Below are positions 58,502-64,000 of a stretch of 64,000 bases of DNA, piece after piece. The DNA is taken from positions 21,407 to 85,406 of the forward strand of contig LNEL01000054.1 in NCBI GenBank assembly GCA_001464935.1, given 5' to 3'. This stretch comes from Gammaproteobacteria bacterium Ga0077536. GTDB lineage: Bacteria; Pseudomonadota; Gammaproteobacteria; Ga0077536. Under the pieces are notes generated by a model. That model had not been told where the DNA came from. It searched no databases and worked only from the letters and a program-made list of their open reading frames with translations. Both the position numbers and the translations under genes were made by a program. Each line of letters begins with the position of its first letter. Within the stretch, counting starts at the first letter, position 1.

Positions 58502-59065
58502 TCAGTACATGCCGGTCTGGAGGCGGGCCGCCTCGGACATCATGTCCGAATGCCACGGCGGGTCGAAGGTCAGTTCGATGGCCACGTCCGTCACGTTCGG
58601 CACTTCGCAGACCTTCCCGCGCACGTCGTCGACGAGGATCGGGCCCATGCCGCAACCGGGCGCGGTCAGGGTCATGTCGATCTCGACGCGATTGCCGCCC
58701 CCTTCCTGCGGGACGACCTCACAGCGGTAGATCAGGCCCAGTTCGACGATGTTGATGGGAATTTCAGGGTCGTAGCAGGTGCGAAGCTGGTCCCAGATCA
58801 GCGACTCGTCGACCCGCCCGGAGGCTGCTGCCTGCGTGTGCTCGACCGGTCCGGCGCTGCGTTCCATGCCGAGCGCGTCGACGTGCTCGGCCGAAATGCG
58901 GGCCAGGTTGCCGTGTACGTTGACCGTCACGGAGCCGCCGAGCGCCTGGGTGACGAAGACCTCCGTCCCGGCGGTGAGCGTCACCTTCGACCCCTCCGGA
59001 ATCATCACGGCCGGGCAATCGCGGGACAGGGCGATGGGCGTGCGGACGTCGAGCGAGGCGTTCAT
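58502..59065 (-). CDS. sufT: SufT-like Fe-S assembly protein (N-terminal extension + DUF59/MIP18 domain)
   Basis: C-terminal DUF59 signature LIWDQLRTCYDPEIPINIVELGLIY...DMTLTAPGCGMGP. Last gene of the suf cluster. Confidence 0.6.
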   Translation of the reverse strand: MNASLDVRTPIALSRDCPAVMIPEGSKVTLTAGTEVFVTQALGGSVTVNVHGNLARISAEHVDALGMERSAGPVEHTQAAASGRVDESLIWDQLRTCYDPEIPINIVELGLIYRCEVVPQEGGGNRVEIDMTLTAPGCGMGPILVDDVRGKVCEVPNVTDVAIELTFDPPWHSDMMSEAARLQTGMY

Positions 59066-59083
59066 GTCGCTGGGATCTCCGGG

Positions 59084-60349
59084 TCAGCTGAGAATGTCGC
59101 GGGCTTTTTCCAGGGCCTTGAAGAAGCGGTCGAGGTCATCCTGCGTATTGTAAAACGCGAACGACGCCCGGGCCGTGCCTGCGAGGCCATAGTACTGCAT
59201 CACCGGCATCGCACAGTGGTGGCCGGTGCGGATGGCGACCCCCTGGCTGTCGAGCAGGACGCCGAGATCCTGCGGGTGCAGGCCTTCGATCACGAAGGAC
59301 AGTACGCCGGCCTTCTCACGCGCCGTGCCGATCGGGCGCAGGCCCGGGAAGGTGCCGGCGGCGCGCGTCGCGGCCTCGAGCAGGCGATGTTCATGGGCGA
59401 CGGCGCCCGCGAAATCGAGTGTCTGCAGGTAGTCGATCGCGGCCTTCAGGCCCACTGCGCCGGCGATGTGGGGCGTGCCGGCCTCGAACTTGTACGGGAT
59501 GTCGTTGTACTCGGTGTGCTCGAAGCTGACCGTCTTGATCATGTCGCCGCCGCCCTGCCAGGGAGGCATCATTTCCAGCAGGTCAGCCTTCGCATACAGC
59601 ACGCCGATCCCGGTCGGCGCGAACAGCTTGTGGCCGGAGAACGCGAAGAAATCGCAGTCGAGGGCGCGCACGTCGATGTTCGCATGCGCGACCGACTGCG
59701 CGCCGTCGATCAGCACCTTCGCGCCGGCCGCGTGCGCAAGGGCCGTGATGCGGGCAACCGGGTTGATGGTGCCGAGCGCATTGGACACGTGGCCGATCGC
59801 GACGAGTTTCGTGCGCGGCGTCAGCAGGCGCTCGAAAGCCGCCATGTCGAGTTCGCCGGCGTCGTTGATCGGCGCGACCTTGAGCACCGTGCCGCGGCTC
59901 TTCGCGAGCATCTGCCATGGCACGATGTTCGCGTGATGCTCGGCGGCGCCGATCAGGATTTCGTCGCCCGGACTCAGGAACTCCCGCGCATAGCTCTGCG
60001 CGACGAGATTGATGCTCTCGGTCGTGCCGCGCGTGAACACGATTTCCCGCGCATCGGCCGCATTCAGGAACTGGCGCACCGCTTCGCGCGCGCCCTCGAA
60101 CTCGTCGGTCGCACGCTGGCTCAGCGTGTGCACGCCGCGGTGCACGTTGGCGTTGGTCGCTTCGTAGTAGTGGCTGACCGCGTCGATCACGCGCTGCGGC
60201 TTCTGGGTCGTCGCAGCGTTGTCGAGATACACCAGCGGCTTGCCGTGGATCTGCGTCGCCAGGATCGGAAAGTCGGCGCGCACGCGCGCGACATCGAACG
60301 CGGCAGGCGCAACGGGCTGGGGAGCTGTCTGGTGGGCGGTCGCGTTCAT
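59084..60349 (-). CDS. sufS: Cysteine desulfurase SufS (group II)
   Basis: Class-V aminotransferase. PLP-Lys region [15 protein letters not shown]. Active-site Cys loop TGHHCAMP. Start MNATAH; overlaps the sufD stop. Confidence 0.85.
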   Translation of the reverse strand: MNATAHQTAPQPVAPAAFDVARVRADFPILATQIHGKPLVYLDNAATTQKPQRVIDAVSHYYEATNANVHRGVHTLSQRATDEFEGAREAVRQFLNAADAREIVFTRGTTESINLVAQSYAREFLSPGDEILIGAAEHHANIVPWQMLAKSRGTVLKVAPINDAGELDMAAFERLLTPRTKLVAIGHVSNALGTINPVARITALAHAAGAKVLIDGAQSVAHANIDVRALDCDFFAFSGHKLFAPTGIGVLYAKADLLEMMPPWQGGGDMIKTVSFEHTEYNDIPYKFEAGTPHIAGAVGLKAAIDYLQTLDFAGAVAHEHRLLEAATRAAGTFPGLRPIGTAREKAGVLSFVIEGLHPQDLGVLLDSQGVAIRTGHHCAMPVMQYYGLAGTARASFAFYNTQDDLDRFFKALEKARDILS

Positions 60350-61647
60350 GTCGTTTCTTCCACGAGCGTCGGCAACGGCACGTCTGCGCGGCCCGCGAGA
60401 GCCGACGTCAGCCACGCGCGCAGCGGCGCGAATTCAACCTGTTCGACAACGGCCTGCGCGAACCCGAAGGTCAGCAGCGCGCGGGCTTCGTCGACCGGAA
60501 TGCCGCGTGACTGCAGGTAGAACACTGCGTCGCGGTCGATCTGGCCCACCGTCGCGCCATGCGCGCAGGCGACGTCGTCGGCATAGATTTCGAGTTCCGG
60601 CTTGGTGTCGATCTCGGCGGTCGGCGACAGCAGCAGGTTGTGACTGGCCTGCTTCGCCGAGATCTTCTGCGCGCCGGCGCGTACCAGCACCTTGCCGCGG
60701 AACACGCCGCGGCCGTCGCCATCGGCGAGCCCTTTGTACAGCTCTTCGCTCGTCGTGTGCGGCGCCTGGTGATCGATGAAGGTCTGGTGATCGATGTGCT
60801 GGCCGGTGCCGGCGACGAACAGGCCGTTCAGCGTGACCGTGGCGCCCGGCGCGGCCAGCGCCGCGTGGATTTCCATGCGCGTCAGCTTGCCGCCGAACGC
60901 GAACGAATACGAGGTGACCTGGCTGTCGGCGCCCGCGCGCAGGCGCACGCTGCCGATGTGGTTGGCATCTGGTGCTTCGTCGGCGAGGCGGTAATGCGTG
61001 AGCTGGGCATTGGCCGCGACGTCGATGTCGGTCAGCGCGTTGCTGAGATTCGCCGCGCCGTCGCGTCCGTGGTGGCACTCGACGACGACCAGCCGGCTGC
61101 GCTCGCCGGCACGCACGAGCAGCTGCGGCGCCGTGTGTCCGCGATGCGCCGCGCCCGCGTGGATGAACGCCACGACGATCGGCGCCGCGATGGCGCAGTC
61201 GGCCGCGACTTCGATCAGCGCGCCGTCCTGCATCAGCGCCACGTTCAGCGCATCGAACACCGGCGCGTCGTCCGCGGCACAGCGCTCGAAAACGGTGGTC
61301 AGCGCGGCCGGTTCCTCGTGCAGCACCGCTGACAGCGCGCGCACGCGCAGACCCGCCGGCAGGGCGTCGAGCGCCGACAGCGAGGGCGCGAAACGCCCGT
61401 TGACGAACACGATGCGCAGGGCCGCGCCGTCGATGAACGGAATGTCGCCGATATCGAGACCCGGCGTGGTGGCGACCGCGGGCGGCGCCAGGGTCAGCGC
61501 GCCGAGATCGGTGTACTTCCAGTCCTCGTCGCGCGGCGTCGGCAGTCCGCGCAGCCGCGCATGGGCCAGCGCCCGTTCGCGCAGCGGCGCGAGCGGCGTG
61601 TCGGCGTCGGCGCGAAACTCGCGCAACAGCGCTTCGAGCAGGGCCAT
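60346..61647 (-). CDS. sufD: Fe-S cluster assembly protein SufD
   Basis: SufB/D beta-helix family, between sufC and sufS. Confidence 0.85.
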   Translation of the reverse strand: MALLEALLREFRADADTPLAPLRERALAHARLRGLPTPRDEDWKYTDLGALTLAPPAVATTPGLDIGDIPFIDGAALRIVFVNGRFAPSLSALDALPAGLRVRALSAVLHEEPAALTTVFERCAADDAPVFDALNVALMQDGALIEVAADCAIAAPIVVAFIHAGAAHRGHTAPQLLVRAGERSRLVVVECHHGRDGAANLSNALTDIDVAANAQLTHYRLADEAPDANHIGSVRLRAGADSQVTSYSFAFGGKLTRMEIHAALAAPGATVTLNGLFVAGTGQHIDHQTFIDHQAPHTTSEELYKGLADGDGRGVFRGKVLVRAGAQKISAKQASHNLLLSPTAEIDTKPELEIYADDVACAHGATVGQIDRDAVFYLQSRGIPVDEARALLTFGFAQAVVEQVEFAPLRAWLTSALAGRADVPLPTLVEETT

Positions 61648-61648
61648 C

Positions 61649-62401
61649 TCAGGCCACCGCCGACGGGAGCAGCCAGTCGTAGCCGCGTTCTTCGAGTTCG
61701 AGCGCGAGTTCGCGCGGGCCGGACTTCACGATGCGGCCCTGCGCCAGCACGTGCACGACGTCCGGCACGATGTAATCGAGCAGGCGCTGGTAGTGCGTGA
61801 CGACGAGGAACGCACGCTCGGGACTGCGCAGCTGGTTCACGCCTTCGGCGACGATGCGCAGCGCGTCGATGTCGAGCCCGGAGTCGGTTTCGTCGAGCAC
61901 CGCGAGCTTCGGCTCGAGCACGCTCATCTGGAAGACTTCGTTGCGCTTCTTCTCGCCGCCCGAGAAACCCTGGTTCACCGGCCGGTTCAGCAGGCTTTCC
62001 TTGAGACCGAGAATCTTGGTCTTCTCCTTGACGAGGTTCAGGAACTGCACCGCATCCATTTCCGGCAGGCCGCGATACTTGCGGATGCCGTTCAGCGCCG
62101 CCTTCAGCATGTAGACGTTGTTCACGCCGGGGATCTCGAGCGGGTACTGGAACGCCAGGAACACGCCTTCGCCGGCGCGCGCTTCGGGCTCGAGGCCCAG
62201 CAGATCCGTGCCGTTGAAGCTCACGCTGCCCTGGGTCACGGTGTAGCCGGGCTTGCCGGCAATCACGTGCGCGAGCGTGCTCTTGCCGGAGCCGTTCGGC
62301 CCCATGATCGCGTGGACCTGGCCGGCCGGGACTTCCAGGTTGATGCCGCGCAGGATCGGCTTGCCTTCGACTTCGACGTGGAGATTTTCAATCTTGAGCA
62401 T
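61649..62401 (-). CDS. sufC: Fe-S cluster assembly ATPase SufC
   Basis: Walker A GPNGSGKSTL. ABC signature FSGGEKKRNE. Walker B VLDETDSGLD. Confidence 0.9.
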   Translation of the reverse strand: MLKIENLHVEVEGKPILRGINLEVPAGQVHAIMGPNGSGKSTLAHVIAGKPGYTVTQGSVSFNGTDLLGLEPEARAGEGVFLAFQYPLEIPGVNNVYMLKAALNGIRKYRGLPEMDAVQFLNLVKEKTKILGLKESLLNRPVNQGFSGGEKKRNEVFQMSVLEPKLAVLDETDSGLDIDALRIVAEGVNQLRSPERAFLVVTHYQRLLDYIVPDVVHVLAQGRIVKSGPRELALELEERGYDWLLPSAVA

Positions 62402-62434
62402 GTTGTTGTCTTGCCATTGGATCTGGTGGCGGTC

Positions 62435-63880
<1,446 letters not shown>

Positions 63881-63885
63881 GGCGG

Positions 63886-64000
63886 TCAGACGTTGAAGCT
63901 TTCGCCGCAGCCGCAGGTGGCGCTGACGTTCGGGTTGTTGAACTTGAAGCCTTCGTTCAGGCCTTCGCGCGTGAAATCGACGACGGTGCCGGCGAGGAAC
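63886..64000 (-). CDS. sufA: A-type Fe-S carrier (SufA/IscA/ErpA family), 3' end only
   Basis: Translated C-terminus ...[29 protein letters not shown] carries the CGCGESF signature. Gene runs off the window end. Confidence 0.6.
   Translation of the reverse strand, partial: FLAGTVVDFTREGLNEGFKFNNPNVSATCGCGESFNV

Noticed and set aside
58370-60520. 716-aa plus-strand ORF
   Set aside because: Antisense to sufS/sufT. Low-complexity Arg/Gly/Asp-rich translation.

Overview
High-GC (~67%) proteobacterial chromosomal segment. The conserved gene orders (TPR-lolB-ispE-tRNA-Gln-prs-rplY-pth-ychF; sufABCDS-sufT; ndk-rlmN-pilW-rodZ-hisS-yfgM-bamB-der; gcvR<>dapA-bamC; ygfB-pepP-ubiH-ubiI; zapB-zapA-6S RNA) resemble Betaproteobacteria, possibly Rhodocyclales-like; this is an inference from gene order only. 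Most of the window is core housekeeping. Interspersed are small accessory patches: a hydratase/hydrolase fragment of an aromatic meta-cleavage pathway, a cytoplasmic molybdopterin oxidoreductase with a divergent MarR regulator, a flavin monooxygenase next to an enoyl-CoA hydratase, an orphan PEP-CTERM protein, a Tat-exported Cys-rich Csp-like protein, an acyltransferase/hydrolase fusion, a ParA-like ATPase next to a CYTH-CHAD protein, and a PIN-PhoH protein. One tRNA-Gln and a 6S RNA (ssrS, absent from the ORF track) are present. Two repeat families are scattered through the intergenic space. The first is a REP palindrome, GTAGGTTGGGCTGACGCAGGAAGCCCAAC, at eight or more sites, one pair flanking a REP-associated tyrosine transposase (RAYT). 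The second is a ~130-140 bp MITE-like element with GCCACCGAGAACAC terminal inverted repeats. rpe appears to be inactivated by a ~28-nt internal deletion. Many long ORFs in the track are antisense artefacts of the high GC content. The track writes M for GTG and TTG starts as well as ATG.
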